A stretch of 64,000 nt of DNA from Naegleria gruberi (Eukaryota): assembly GCA_000004985.1 (NCBI GenBank), contig GG738855.1, one strand, 5' to 3'. The notes beneath the pieces were generated by a model. That model made no database searches. It had not been told where the DNA came from and saw only the letters and a list, made by a program, of their open reading frames with translations. This document shows positions 42,501 through 51,542 of this stretch, piece by piece; position 1 is the first letter of the stretch, and every line of letters starts with the position of its first letter. The position numbers and the translations under genes were made by a program.

Positions 42501-43085
42501 AAAGCAATTCAACACCAACTCCTTCCAAGTATCTTCATCCAACGAAGAAGCATCTAAATTATCAAAGAATTGAGCCACTTTAACAATATCAATATCATTA
42601 TAAATTGTTGTACTATTTGTACTTCCGTGATAACTGTGAGTAGAACTACTTCTACTCAGAAAACCATTTCCACTCAACTCTCCCATATCATCGACCAGTT
42701 TACCAATTTGGTCTAAATTCATTGGAGTTATTGGAGATGAATAATTATTATTAACATTTTCAATGGATTGTCTGTTTGTTTGACTCGGTGTTATTGTTGT
42801 TGTTGATGGTGGCATCATTGGAGTAGTGTGATTATTATTATTTGATGAAGGAGTTGAAAATTGGTTATTATTATTTGGAGGAGAAGTGGTAGTTGAGTAG
42901 TGGTGGTTATCAGTTGTTGTTATTATTGAAGAAGTATTCGTCATTATGGAAGCCTTTCGAGGGGTAGAAGGAGAGTTAGCAGAGTTTAATGTAATGGTTT
43001 CATCGGTGGTGGTAGAAGTATTACTAATGGGCTGTTCAGGTTGAGTTATTCTGGATGATGATGTTGATGATTCTATTGAAGTCAT
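39597..43085 (-). CDS. Ankyrin-repeat protein with a long Ser/Thr/Asn-rich N-terminal region.
   Basis: Continuous 1162 aa ORF. Ankyrin-like repeats include TLMHLASKYNQSVIMEWLFD, GYNVFYVALKRGCFAVCDMLILFGASLD, GETMLHRACFELPLDRIVYLIQKGAI, HGRNILHDCVIKGDLKSMQLII and NKQGKTPLDIAKSSHVPCDDIIEML. Confidence 0.5.
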   Translation of the reverse strand: MTSIESSTSSSRITQPEQPISNTSTTTDETITLNSANSPSTPRKASIMTNTSSIITTTDNHHYSTTTSPPNNNNQFSTPSSNNNNHTTPMMPPSTTTITPSQTNRQSIENVNNNYSSPITPMNLDQIGKLVDDMGELSGNGFLSRSSSTHSYHGSTNSTTIYNDIDIVKVAQFFDNLDASSLDEDTWKELVLNCFVPSSQHLSAKKKKVNRKHSKANETSQVEPLIEKDTVAETSAKSIILDTTTSVLSSKGSALMDLSGLYHISIHSLYRLKQLLYFRFFFFTTGSMKLSGNESSTLTVSNSLSVNRNSIKLNRNSTRFADLQSLGSPSSSTGSPTREVEVMSRKEFTSMKEDVLDTWKQFKFATEPSLKLLWTKYLLNTKFNSIQKCTLMHLASKYNQSVIMEWLFDECGPDFLFVSDAMKMTPLFYTSFFNATESCAFLCTKIKSSTIKTGVSRARNGSELVANPHSNSGGGSGRKSFFGNKNKADVPSPTSSSPATGASSPYNNNALEKIIQQVDDEFGYNVFYVALKRGCFAVCDMLILFGASLDTTIRGGETMLHRACFELPLDRIVYLIQKGAILLKKDQKGCVPLFNLVGREVEVQQVPTQPSPRTLSSQNSTKDVINAADEKSVESKRESSQVPDEDLLLIEEFLLEHEMSKEKDEDTINESTKYDSPRVDSVKQSSEHSDNTPISNRAPSPTTSVSSCDTDVSADIFQELDEMFVGESGEVNYENKNKLLTNDRRKKREPLKLPAALKMRSDSLAALSGINGMAGGGYTSNQQGVLLEDSIKIKSSPIQNNSSPSPANSKTNTNGSRFPNHISHFLQDEFQLKKNIMFKAMELLVPQMGWSTKTLILSAKKFYGLSEQEARDLFYNDPSERAKKLNPELSKNNSQTNNSSTESNNNSVLKRKQPILEAILPYISREQFIKVLKSQNYHGRNILHDCVIKGDLKSMQLIINELLQPRKSTLGSALRLAPKNVELTPEQKLAEKQKYDEESQENIEVLNELLMEPDNDKHQTCLAYACSDSNTFAVRYLLSLYNIVGVQMNKRPSVAASSVANLSPNQNTTPTSGGLLSTPRENSRSASTTNLSSPRVEPKQTLMYKVLHLKNKQGKTPLDIAKSSHVPCDDIIEMLTQSLEKGGSSSDSGSSSAFQFFKRKKK

Positions 43086-43513
43086 CTCGTTTGTTTTATT
43101 TGAAATAATAATGTGTGTATATATATTCGAAGAAAGTATTACTCGAGGTGTTTTTGTAGAGCAAAATTTCTTCTTCTTGAAAGATAATATTATATCTTGT
43201 GATTTGGCAAACGGTTTTTGAATTTGATTTTTTTAACCGGAATGTTGGTGATGATTGTTAATTTGCGCCAAGTTTACTTGTGCTATTTTGTGTGGTGGAA
43301 AAATGAGAGTGCTGACACTAAACATGGACAAACCAAATGGGTTGTTTGATGCTAAGAAAGTTATTGAACTCTAACAATTAATTGGCTATTCGTTTCGTTT
43401 AGTTTATTTGATGGGATAACAAAATTTCTGCTTTTAAACAGTTTGAAAATCGATCGACTTAGACAATCATTAGTATTTAATGAGTTTCATGGATTTTCAT
43501 TCAAATATGTGTG

Positions 43514-43534
43514 GGGGTCATGGCGCAGTCGGTA
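43514..43534 (+). tRNA. 5' fragment of an elongator tRNA-Met(CAU) gene: acceptor 5' strand, D-stem and D-loop.
   Basis: GGGGTCA-TG-GCGC-AGTCGGTA is the acceptor strand, positions 8–9, the D-stem and the D-loop with a pol III A-box (TGGCGCAGTCGG). It pairs with the 3' fragment at 44387..44441. Beyond nucleotide 21 the sequence diverges. Confidence 0.6.
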
Positions 43535-43550
43535 TTATTAATAGATTTTA

Positions 43551-43585
43551 GGGTAGGTAACGCTCTCAATCTACCTCAACGTAAC
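43551..43585 (+). repeat. Motif copy A: GGGTAGGTAACGCTCTCAATCTACCTCAACGTAAC.
   Basis: Shares GGTAGG..GCTCT...TCAACGTAAC with copies C and D, and is followed by TTTAAAT as in copy C. Confidence 0.5.
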
Positions 43586-43616
43586 TTTAAATATAAACTT
43601 TATTTATTTTTAGAAA

Positions 43617-43647
43617 GGGTGGTTTGCGCTCTCAAGCAATGTTGCTC
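43617..43647 (+). repeat. Motif copy B (degenerate): GGGTGGTTTGCGCTCTCAAGCAATGTTGCTC.
   Basis: Shares GGTTTGCGCTCT.AAG with copies C and D but lacks the CAACGTA tail. Confidence 0.4.
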
Positions 43648-44006
43648 TTTAATGTACTGTTGCTATACTTTACATTGAATTGAATTTATTGATTAATTAT
43701 TTCAACTTTTGAAGATTTCTTACTATTTTTCATACTATTAATAATTTTTAATTTTCTTTCTTTTCTTAATTCTTCATCATATTCAATTTCTTCTGTATAA
43801 AAACTAATATCACTATAATTTAAATTTGATTGTTTGGAATAATTTGGAAAATAATTATTTTCTGATTCATTAAATTCTTGAATTGTTTTTGATATTTTTT
43901 CAATTTCATTATCAATAAATTCATAAATTTGTTCATGTTTTTTAAAATTAATTTTCATTGATAAAATTAAATTTAAAAATAATAATCCTTTTCTAAAAAT
44001 AGATAA

Positions 44007-44041
44007 GGTAGGGTTGCGCTTTCATTAATACTCAACGTAAC
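44007..44041 (+). repeat. Motif copy C: GGTAGGGTTGCGCTTTCATTAATACTCAACGTAAC.
   Basis: The first 14 nt, GGTAGGGTTGCGCT, are identical to copy D. It ends TCAACGTAAC followed by TTTTAAAAT. Confidence 0.55.
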
Positions 44042-44357
44042 TTTTAAAATAAAAAACTTACCCAAAAATTTTACATTGAAAATTATCATCTTCAGATTTA
44101 AAATTAATTAAATTAATTTCATCTGATAAATTTGTTTCATCAATATGTTCTCTAAAATTTTCATTTGTTGTAAAAATTAAAAATGAATTTGAATTATGAA
44201 TTATATCTTCTCCTAATTCATCTGAAATTTCACTAATTCTAATTATTTGTAAATTTTTAATTATTGAATATAATCTTCCAAAATTAATACAAATTGGTGA
44301 ATGTTTACAATTTGATTTAATTATAAATGTATCATTATCTTTTAAATAATAAAATTA

Positions 44358-44389
44358 GGTAGGGTTGCGCTCTTAAGTATATCAACGTA
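44358..44389 (+). repeat. Motif copy D: GGTAGGGTTGCGCTCTTAAGTATATCAACGTA, abutting the tRNA-Met 3' fragment.
   Basis: It contains the GCGCT...AGCGC inverted repeat. Its terminal GTA is shared with the tRNA D-loop. Confidence 0.55.
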
Positions 44390-44441
44390 GCGCGTAGGTC
44401 TCATAATCCTAAGGTCGTGAGTTCGATCCTCACTGACCCCA
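44387..44441 (+). tRNA. 3' fragment of elongator tRNA-Met(CAU): D-stem 3' strand, anticodon arm, variable loop, T-arm and acceptor 3' strand.
   Basis: The sequence is GTA-GCGC-G-TAGGT-CTCATAA-TCCTA-AGGTC-GTGAG-TTCGATC-CTCAC-TGACCCC-A. The anticodon loop CU-CAU-AA carries CAU (Met). The T-loop GTTCGATCC is a canonical B box. The acceptor strand TGACCCC complements GGGGTCA at 43514. A T6 run follows at 44444..44449. Confidence 0.65.
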
Positions 44442-44443
44442 AC

Positions 44444-44449
44444 TTTTTT
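44444..44449 (+). terminator. Pol III terminator T-run (TTTTTT) three nt after the tRNA-Met 3' end.
   Basis: ccccaAC-TTTTTT-g, read from the sequence. Pol III terminates at T-runs of four or more. Confidence 0.5.
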
Positions 44450-44988
44450 GCTAGTTGGATCTAACAAATTCTAGAATAGCACCATTTATTGAAACAGCTT
44501 GCCATACAAATTCTCTATCTCTTTTCAAGGCATTAATCAAAATTTTGTGGTTCAAGTTTGATCGATTCCTATGCTAATTACCTGTCATATCTAAATTGCT
44601 CTCGAACAAACCTCAATACTAACCAATCCTTGAAGGAGTTCAATGTCATTTCTCAATCTTTCAAGAAATAAACTGAATGGCTAATCCAGATGATTTCAGT
44701 CTTTCAATCACTTGATGCATATGTAAACAAGAACCAGTTCCGTCTTCTAAAGATTTATATCCATTAAAGCAGGTCTCAAGGCTGAATCACCTTAAAGGTG
44801 AAACAGTCCCTGAGCTTTAATACCCATTAGTATAATTACTTGTTCTCAATCTTGTTTTTATTAATTTGCAAGGTAACATCTTCAATTCATTAGATCCATA
44901 TGAATATGATCTTGGTCTAGAATCTTATTATTCTCTGAGAAGGATTTATGTTTTGCACGATTTTGCCTTAATTGCAACATACACACCA

Positions 44989-45071
44989 GCCCGCGTAGCA
45001 GAGTGGTCAAATGCGTAAGACTTAAGATCTTATCCCGAATGGGTTCGTGGGTTCGAACCCCACCGCTGGCA
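44989..45071 (+). tRNA. tRNA-Leu(UAA), type II with a long variable arm.
   Basis: The sequence is GCCCGCG-TA-GCA-GAGTGGTCAAA-TGC-G-TAAGA-CTTAAGA-TCTTA-TCCCGAATGGGTTC-GTGGG-TTCGAAC-CCCAC-CGCTGGC-A. The anticodon stem is perfect (TAAGA/TCTTA) and the anticodon is UAA. The 14 nt variable arm has a CCC/GGG stem. The T-loop is canonical. The acceptor stem has one C4:U69 mismatch. A T-run lies at about 45086..45091. Confidence 0.75.
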
Positions 45072-45351
45072 TTTCCTTTTCTTTTTTGTTTTCTGTGCAT
45101 TGGTGATGTCTTTGCAACTTGAATGGAAAGTTTTCTGAATTTGAATTATATTCTTATAGACCAGATGCTTTTCCAATAACTATAATAACTCATAAAAACA
45201 GATTCCTTCCTTGAAAAAGCTTTTAATTATATTAATTTTCCAAGAGAGAATTCAAAGAGCTATTTTCTACATGGCTTGTCCATTATGATTGATTCAAAAC
45301 TCATAAGGTCTTTGCCTTAATTATATTTTCTTTATTTATTACAACAACTGA

Positions 45352-46100
45352 TTAATCTTTACTGATATACCGAATTTCACAATCTTTAAAAAAAAATGAA
45401 ATATAACAAAAAAATCTACACAATCCTTCTAAGGTATCTAGATTTGTGCAATATATATCAACCTCATTAATTAATCTCTCACCCATTAGAATGAAGGCAA
45501 TATAAACTCTCTCGTAATTCATCATAAAAAATAAATTATTACTTGATCTCTTGTCCACACTTTTTTCGAAATGGTATTTCAGCATAGAAAAGAATAAATT
45601 CTTTACCTCAGTTTCATTTTCAAAATCACAATTATCCAAATTACGTTTTGAAAATTTACCATAAATATTATTTCCAATTACAATCATTTCTTCATCCAAT
45701 CAAACATTTTTTTGGTTGATACTTCTTGTTCTTTTCCTTGAGAGGAAGAAACCATTTTGATAATACTATTTCTATAATACTATCCTGAACAATATAACTC
45801 TACTGCTGTAGTATTACCCGTATGATCATATATGGTTTCCCACCACGAAGACGTCTTTTCCTCATCCAATGAACATTTATGCAAAAATTCAACCCATGGA
45901 TGTCAAGGTTCACTCTCTATCATGTCGAGAGGAATTTTATGATTAAATATTCCCAATTTTTCATTGAATTTATACTGAGGGTCTTTCTGATAAAACGTGT
46001 TTTCCTCAATTCCGAAGGTGTAAATTTGTGCATTATTTTTACTTAATTTTACAAAACTAAGGAGTGACTTAGGAATCATCCAACCATTGTGTAGGATTTA
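45352..46100 (-). pseudogene. Cluster of short, stop-interrupted minus-strand ORFs downstream of tRNA-Leu. Possibly a degenerate gene or a relic of a tRNA-associated element.
   Basis: ORF 45352..45699 (115 aa) plus at least three further in-frame stretches of 20–60 codons (e.g. ...NAQIYTFGIEENTFYQKDPQYKFNEKLGIFNHKIPLDMIESEP*, HPWVEFLHKCSLDEEKTSSWWETIYDHTGNTTAVELYCSG*). Each ends in a stop, with no clean splice signals linking them. Confidence 0.2.
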
Positions 46101-46371
46101 TAAACATGTATTGATGGCTGAACAACATGAGTATTATGTCTAAATGTACACAACCTCAGCCAATAAAAAGTCATCAATTTGTTATAATAGATATATATTA
46201 TGAGTGGTAAAATATTTATTTGCCAACAGTAGATGGTGATAGTTAAAATTGATCAACAATAGTTGCTCCACAAATTGAGGATCATCCACTACTGAAGCGC
46301 TTATGAAGTTTGTCGCACAAAAACGCAATCGATTATCAACAATCATTACAAAATTCTAAAAAAAAATGCTC

Positions 46372-47563
46372 TCTTGGTTAAATGGTGATTCAGCAAATGT
46401 TTTTTCCTTTCCGTCTAAACCAGAGGTAACAATTTTGAAGGAACCACAAAGTTCTGACTCTCCTATTATTGTTGATGGTATTAAATTATTTTCATACAAG
46501 GGTTTGTTTTAATTGCATGTCATGATGGATTGACCAGTAGTATAATAACTGTAACTCTCTTTTGTATTGAAAACTTCATCAAATTAATTATCAATCATTT
46601 GATACAAACAAACAAATGGAATTACAATGTTGGTTGGTTAATGAATCATTGAAGATATACTTGCCATTCGTGAGGAAATAGCAAACGAGGAGGATTATGA
46701 AATTCTCTATGAGGAACCTGAAAATTATCGTAAAATGTTCATCAAGAAGAGAGGAGAGGGTTCAACAGGTGAAATTAAACGACACAAATATACTAGAACA
46801 AATTTTCCATCCTCTCCAAAGGAAATGTTTGTTGCTGTTAGGGATTTTGAGAGGAGAAAGAGTTGGGATGACAGACTGGAGGAGAGAAATGTCATGAGAG
46901 TTTTTAAATTTACTGATAAGGAGTAGGTTTCTTTTTGATGATTGGATAATCTTATCCTAAACCTATTTTTGTTATTACGGATCGATGTTATATTGTATCA
47001 CAATACTACTCTACTATATTAATTACTGATGATAATTTAAATTATAACTATGATGTAAATAATTATTTAGAACTGGTAAAGTTGTTATCAATTCAATTGA
47101 GAGAACTGCACATAAGGGTGCTTTTCCTGTTCAAGGAAGAGATTTCATATCTCTTACTGGTGTTGTTATTATGAATGAAAATCACTACTTGACTCGTTCT
47201 CATGCCCTCGAATACAGTTTACTTCCATACGCCACAAATGGAAATAAGAAGGAAAATCCACCTCCTCTTCCACAAGATAAATATGGACCTTCTGAGGGTT
47301 TCAATGGTTACATTAGAGGTTGTAACAAGTTTTTTGCAAATGAATGTTTTGGAAATGAAACAACAACTACTTACACAACAGTTTTAGAGACTGATGTTCG
47401 TGGTTGGGTTCCATCAACAGTTTATAATTGGTTTGTAAAATTTATTCCTGCCAATGGTGAAGTCAATCTAGGAAAAGGATTGGAATGGAGAAGGACAAAC
47501 TCAATTTCAAACGAATTGAATGATTTTTATTATAATATTGATTCACCATTGTTTAAATAGTGG
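46372..47563 (+). CDS. START-domain (StAR-related lipid transfer / Bet v1-like) protein, three exons (about 46372..46499, 46638..46922 and 47071..47563).
   Basis: The spliced product is MLSWLNGDSANVFSFPSKPEVTILKEPQSSDSPIIVDGIKLFSYK / DILAIREEIANEEDYEILYEEPENYRKMFIKKRGEGSTGEIKRHKYTRTNFPSSPKEMFVAVRDFERRKSWDDRLEERNVMRVFKFTDKE / ETGKVVINSIERTAHKGAFPVQGRDFISLTGVVIMNENHYLTRSHALEYSLLPYATNGN...TDVRGWVPSTVYNWFVKFIPANGEVNLGKGLEW. The pattern (R..WD, a VRG[WF][IV]P block near the C-terminus) matches START domains. Donors are GTTTGT and GTAGGT, acceptors are AG, and the phases are consistent. Confidence 0.55.
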
Positions 47564-47668
47564 ATTACATCCATGTAATTAATTGTATATATAGAACTAT
47601 ACTTGTAAATATATTCCTTTAAATTATTTGATTTTATAAATCAGTTTGTAATAAATTTCCGTTACAAT

Positions 47669-49363
47669 TTATTTACGATTGATAAATTTTTGAATTGGAA
47701 TTGCACCACTATCACTACCTGTTGCGATACATTTAATAAATTCAGTTGGTTCCAACATTGTAATATCACAAAAGTATTTAAATCTATTTGCAACATATTG
47801 AGCTTCCTTATATCCCATAAATTGAGTGAGATAGTCAACTTGTTGATCGTCCTCTTGGTAGCTTTGTTCCAATTTCTTCAAAAATGACTGGACAAGTAGT
47901 GAATTAATAAAGTGTGCTTCCTCAAAAAGTGTTGGGAACGCCTTAGAAAAGGTATAGCCCTTCTTCCATACTGCATTTCTCTTTTGATTACTCGAGTAAA
48001 TGTCCATATAATATTGATCATAATCCAAAATTAGATATTTCTCACTGTAGTACAAGGTTCTGAATCCTACATTATTGGAAAATACTGGCGAAACTGACAA
48101 TCCAACCATGGCAAAATTATTCTTGGTGTTACCCAAATCATTAACCTTATTGGGTTGTTGGTTTCTGAATAATCTGAATTGATCCTTATGCAAGTGACCG
48201 TACAGAATGGTGGTAATCATTTCACTATATTTTGACACAAGTGCCAAGAATTGAGATTCATACATTGGCTTCCACAATGATTTGTTATCAAATGAATTTT
48301 GACTTGCTGGAATATGGGTTACAATGTAAACAGTTACATCTCTAATTGAGAGTTCACTTCTTGCCTTTAACAATTCCATTTCCATCCAGGCAAGTTGTCC
48401 TGATGGATCACTTGGTGGCTCAGCTCCATTTGTCATATTTGGATATCTATTCGCAGAGTATAAAAGTGAATTTAAAACAAGAATAACCAACTTGGATTCT
48501 CTTCCCTGAGAAGTCTTGACAATTTCATACTTGTAATATCCACCCTTCAAGAAGGTATTTCTTTGATAGTCCTCAGTGAGTCCAAACATTTTTCCCCATC
48601 CAACAGGTCCAGTCCACAAACTTTGATACCAAGTCAAAGCTTCATTTCCATGATCAGGATCTTCAATATATGGCAAATAATAATCAGGATACAAATCATT
48701 ATTTCCAATGCATGGCAATATTGGCAAATCATAAACATTTAACTGTTTTGCCAAGGTAGATTGCAACATTTTCGTCACATCCAATGTATTTTGCAAAACA
48801 AATGATCCATTAGGCAAGTGATGAGCATTGTAATCTCCATTCATGACAATAAAATCTGGTAAAATTCCATTATGCTCCCTAATAACTTGTGCAATTTGTG
48901 AAAATGTGCTTTCCACAAGTGTCTTTGGAGCATCACATCCATATCTTCCGTACATTGCATAATCAGTAAAATTCGTATCAATTCCCTCGAAAGAAGGTGA
49001 ACTAGAATTACGAATCAAAATTTTTCTCTTTTCCTCAATAAACAAAAAATCTTGGATTTTTTGTTTGGTATTTCTCAAATGATGAAACTCTTGTTGAACA
49101 CGTTCTGGCTGATTTTCCGTAACTACTTGTTGTGGTTTTCTACAAAAGTATTGATGATTAGGAATGGTTGGATCATAGAATGGATCATAGTGAATATCAG
49201 TCATCCACAAAAAGTAACCAAATGCCGATTGTTCTCCTCCTCGTGATTTTAATGATGAGAATTTATTAACTTGTTGTGTTGTTGAACATATTGTTGAAGA
49301 AAACAACAAAATGATGAAGAAGGAGAATAAATAATTGGGTGATGATGAAACATGTTGAGACAT
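47669..49363 (-). CDS. Secreted acid sphingomyelinase-like phosphodiesterase (calcineurin-like metallophosphoesterase).
   Basis: Signal peptide MSQHVSSSPNYLFSFFIILLFSSTICS. Metallophosphoesterase motifs WMTDIHYDPFY, VMNGDYNAHH, CIGNNDLYPDYY and GHLHKDQF are in the order typical of ASM / SMPDL3 proteins. Continuous 564 aa ORF. Confidence 0.75.
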   Translation of the reverse strand: MSQHVSSSPNYLFSFFIILLFSSTICSTTQQVNKFSSLKSRGGEQSAFGYFLWMTDIHYDPFYDPTIPNHQYFCRKPQQVVTENQPERVQQEFHHLRNTKQKIQDFLFIEEKRKILIRNSSSPSFEGIDTNFTDYAMYGRYGCDAPKTLVESTFSQIAQVIREHNGILPDFIVMNGDYNAHHLPNGSFVLQNTLDVTKMLQSTLAKQLNVYDLPILPCIGNNDLYPDYYLPYIEDPDHGNEALTWYQSLWTGPVGWGKMFGLTEDYQRNTFLKGGYYKYEIVKTSQGRESKLVILVLNSLLYSANRYPNMTNGAEPPSDPSGQLAWMEMELLKARSELSIRDVTVYIVTHIPASQNSFDNKSLWKPMYESQFLALVSKYSEMITTILYGHLHKDQFRLFRNQQPNKVNDLGNTKNNFAMVGLSVSPVFSNNVGFRTLYYSEKYLILDYDQYYMDIYSSNQKRNAVWKKGYTFSKAFPTLFEEAHFINSLLVQSFLKKLEQSYQEDDQQVDYLTQFMGYKEAQYVANRFKYFCDITMLEPTEFIKCIATGSDSGAIPIQKFINRK

Positions 49364-49792
49364 TTTTTAATAATTTAAAATTTTCAAATAACTATTTTGA
49401 AAATCTACCAATATTTTCACATGGTGCATGTGCTGAGAATGTTAATATTGCTGATATTTGAATAATTTAATTTTATTAAGGAATTTGTAAAATTTTATTA
49501 AAAATAATTAAATATTCGTTTTTAAAAGAAAAGGAGAAAATTAAGAAATAAACCCTTAACTCCTTATCTTACACAACAAAACAATCAAAATAAACACTAT
49601 TAATATTGATAATACTAATAATATATCCAGATGAAAAAGAAGAACTTTTAATATCCATTTTTGAACCTTTCCAATCTTTATGAACAAAAACAGGCTCCAA
49701 AATAAATTTTTAGAAAACTAGTCGCACAAAATGCCGACCTTAAAATATCCAAATAAGCGCAGTAAATTTGTATAAAATAAAATCATAAAAAA

Positions 49793-51166
49793 ATGCAACA
49801 ACTTAATACTAATTTATCATCTGCTACCACTGGTCAAGAGCAACCACATACTCCAAAGACACCAAAAACACCAGGTTCTTTCCCTGTTGTTGCTGCCACT
49901 GGTAAATCAAGTCAAGATGAAGCAGTTCCAATCTTTTGTAGACAATACAAGATTATTTGTAAGAATTCTATCGGAAAGGTTGTTTTGAGAGAATTCGATT
50001 CTATTGAATGTGATGGTACTGTTGTTATTGAAGGTTTGTATTTTAAAATTTGTTAAGCTTAACACAATCTTGTTAGGTTTCCCATCTGAAGAAGGAATGA
50101 CTGCTATCATGACTGCCAATTATATTATTAAACAATTACAGCTTCCATTGGTTGGTGATATTGTTTCTCCATACTTTACTCCTCTTGGTGTTGTCAGAGA
50201 TGGTTTGGTATGTTTAATACAATTAATTGCTAATTATCTAACATTTATTTTAATGATTGGACTTTATTGTGTGTTGTATAACATTTAATTGTTATTGTAT
50301 TAATCATCAATATTAAATTGATGTAAAATTTTACTATCCTACCATTCACCATGTGTTGAACAAAATAATAATCAACATGATGACAAATATTATAACACAA
50401 TGTTCTTGTTAAATTTAATTATTTAAAGCCTTCTCATGGTATTAGAATTTATGGTAACAAGAAGATTGTTGTTTTCGTTTCTGAATATGAAATCAAGGAT
50501 CCAGAAATTCAAAATGATGTCATTGATGCTGTTTATGATTTCTGTCAAAGACACAGATCCAAGTGTTTAATTTCTGTTGATGGTTTGGACATGGACCCAA
50601 CTGTTAAGAAACAACCTTCCGATGATATCAAGATTGGTATTCAAGCTGCTGGAGGTGCTGGTGAAGAAGGTGATGATGAAGAAGGAGAAGATGAAGAAGG
50701 TGATGAAATGATGAGCTTTGAAGATGAAGATGCTCCAAAGACCACAGAAGAACTTCTTAAACTTTTGGAACAAGAAGATTACAAGGAAAAGGTTTGGTAT
50801 GTTACCAACAATGAACATTATGCCAAGAAATTGCAAGAAATGAACGCTACTGTCGCAATTGAAGTTGCTTGTACAGGTATCAGTGGTGGTATTCTTGCTG
50901 AAGCTCCATTTAGAGGTGTTCCAGTTTTGAGCTTGTTCGCTCCACTCAATCGTTTCCTCAAGATTGGTACCAGAGCTAGTATTGCTCTCATTCATGCTCT
51001 TAACAAACTCATCAGTGAAGATCAAACAAGTATTCTCATTGATACTTCTGAATTGGATAAGACTGCTAAGGAATTGGAATCTAAGTTAAAGGATGTTTTG
51101 GGTAAGATGGGTGCTACTGGTGATGAAAAGGTCCCAGGTTCTGCATTCCACTCAATGTATATGTAA
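49793..51166 (+). CDS. PAC2-family (proteasome assembly chaperone 2-like) protein, three exons (about 49793..50033, 50077..50209 and 50429..51166).
   Basis: The junctions are ...DGTVVIEG / FPSEEGMTAIMTANYIIKQLQLPLVGDIVSPYFTPLGVVRDGL / PSHGIRIYGNKKIVVFVSEYEIKD.... The GFPSxGMtaimtanyiI.qL.l.lVGdI.SpyF.P..vvrdG block resembles the archaeal/eukaryotic PAC2 family (GFPGVGLVG...L.L..V..I.SP.FPP). An acidic insert follows (GEEGDDEEGEDEEGDE). Donors are GTTTGT and GTATGT. Confidence 0.4.
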
Positions 51167-51542
51167 ATTTAATTGTAAAAATTGTAATTATAATTTTAAG
51201 GGAATTGTTTTTAATTCGATTGATAATCATTCAATTGAGCTCATTTTACTGTTGAATTGTTTCCATCAACATTTGATATTTGCAAATGTGAATATCGTCA
51301 TTGGAAAGGTGTGAAAACAACAATGTGATTCTCAAAATCCCTTATGTCCAAAAGCAGACCTATCCAATTTTGCCAATTGTGATTTCTTTTGACCGAAATA
51401 AGACTCGAGTATCTAGTTTAGTTTAGGTTCTCTTCAACAATTTCAAAAAAAAAAAATATGACACCACTTACTAGAGAAGACTTTTCAACCTTCACAACCG
51501 ATCAAGTGTGAATTTTTCAAACAACACAAGTGTCCAGACAGA

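Larger units (their letters stand above)
43535..44386 (+). mobile_element. 852 bp AT-rich insertion splitting the tRNA-Met gene in its D-loop. It is flanked by a GTA/GTA 3 bp direct duplication, contains four copies of a ~33 nt motif and encodes two minus-strand ORFs.
   Basis: The tRNA halves are perfect and contiguous once 43535..44386 is removed, and GTA is present at both junctions (43532-34 and 44387-89). The internal structure is described in the findings. Confidence 0.45.

Noticed and set aside
43551-44389. Repeated ~33 nt units with spacers: could this be a CRISPR array?
   Set aside because: There are only four copies, with irregular spacing (66, 390 and 351 bp). The copies are imperfect. 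The context is eukaryotic, with spliceosomal introns and tRNA cloverleaves. One 'spacer' is a 90-codon ORF. None of this is consistent with CRISPR.
44882-45100. 72 aa minus-strand ORF overlapping tRNA-Leu
   Set aside because: It is antisense to a well-folded tRNA gene, starts at a non-canonical position and has no conserved features. It is treated as spurious.
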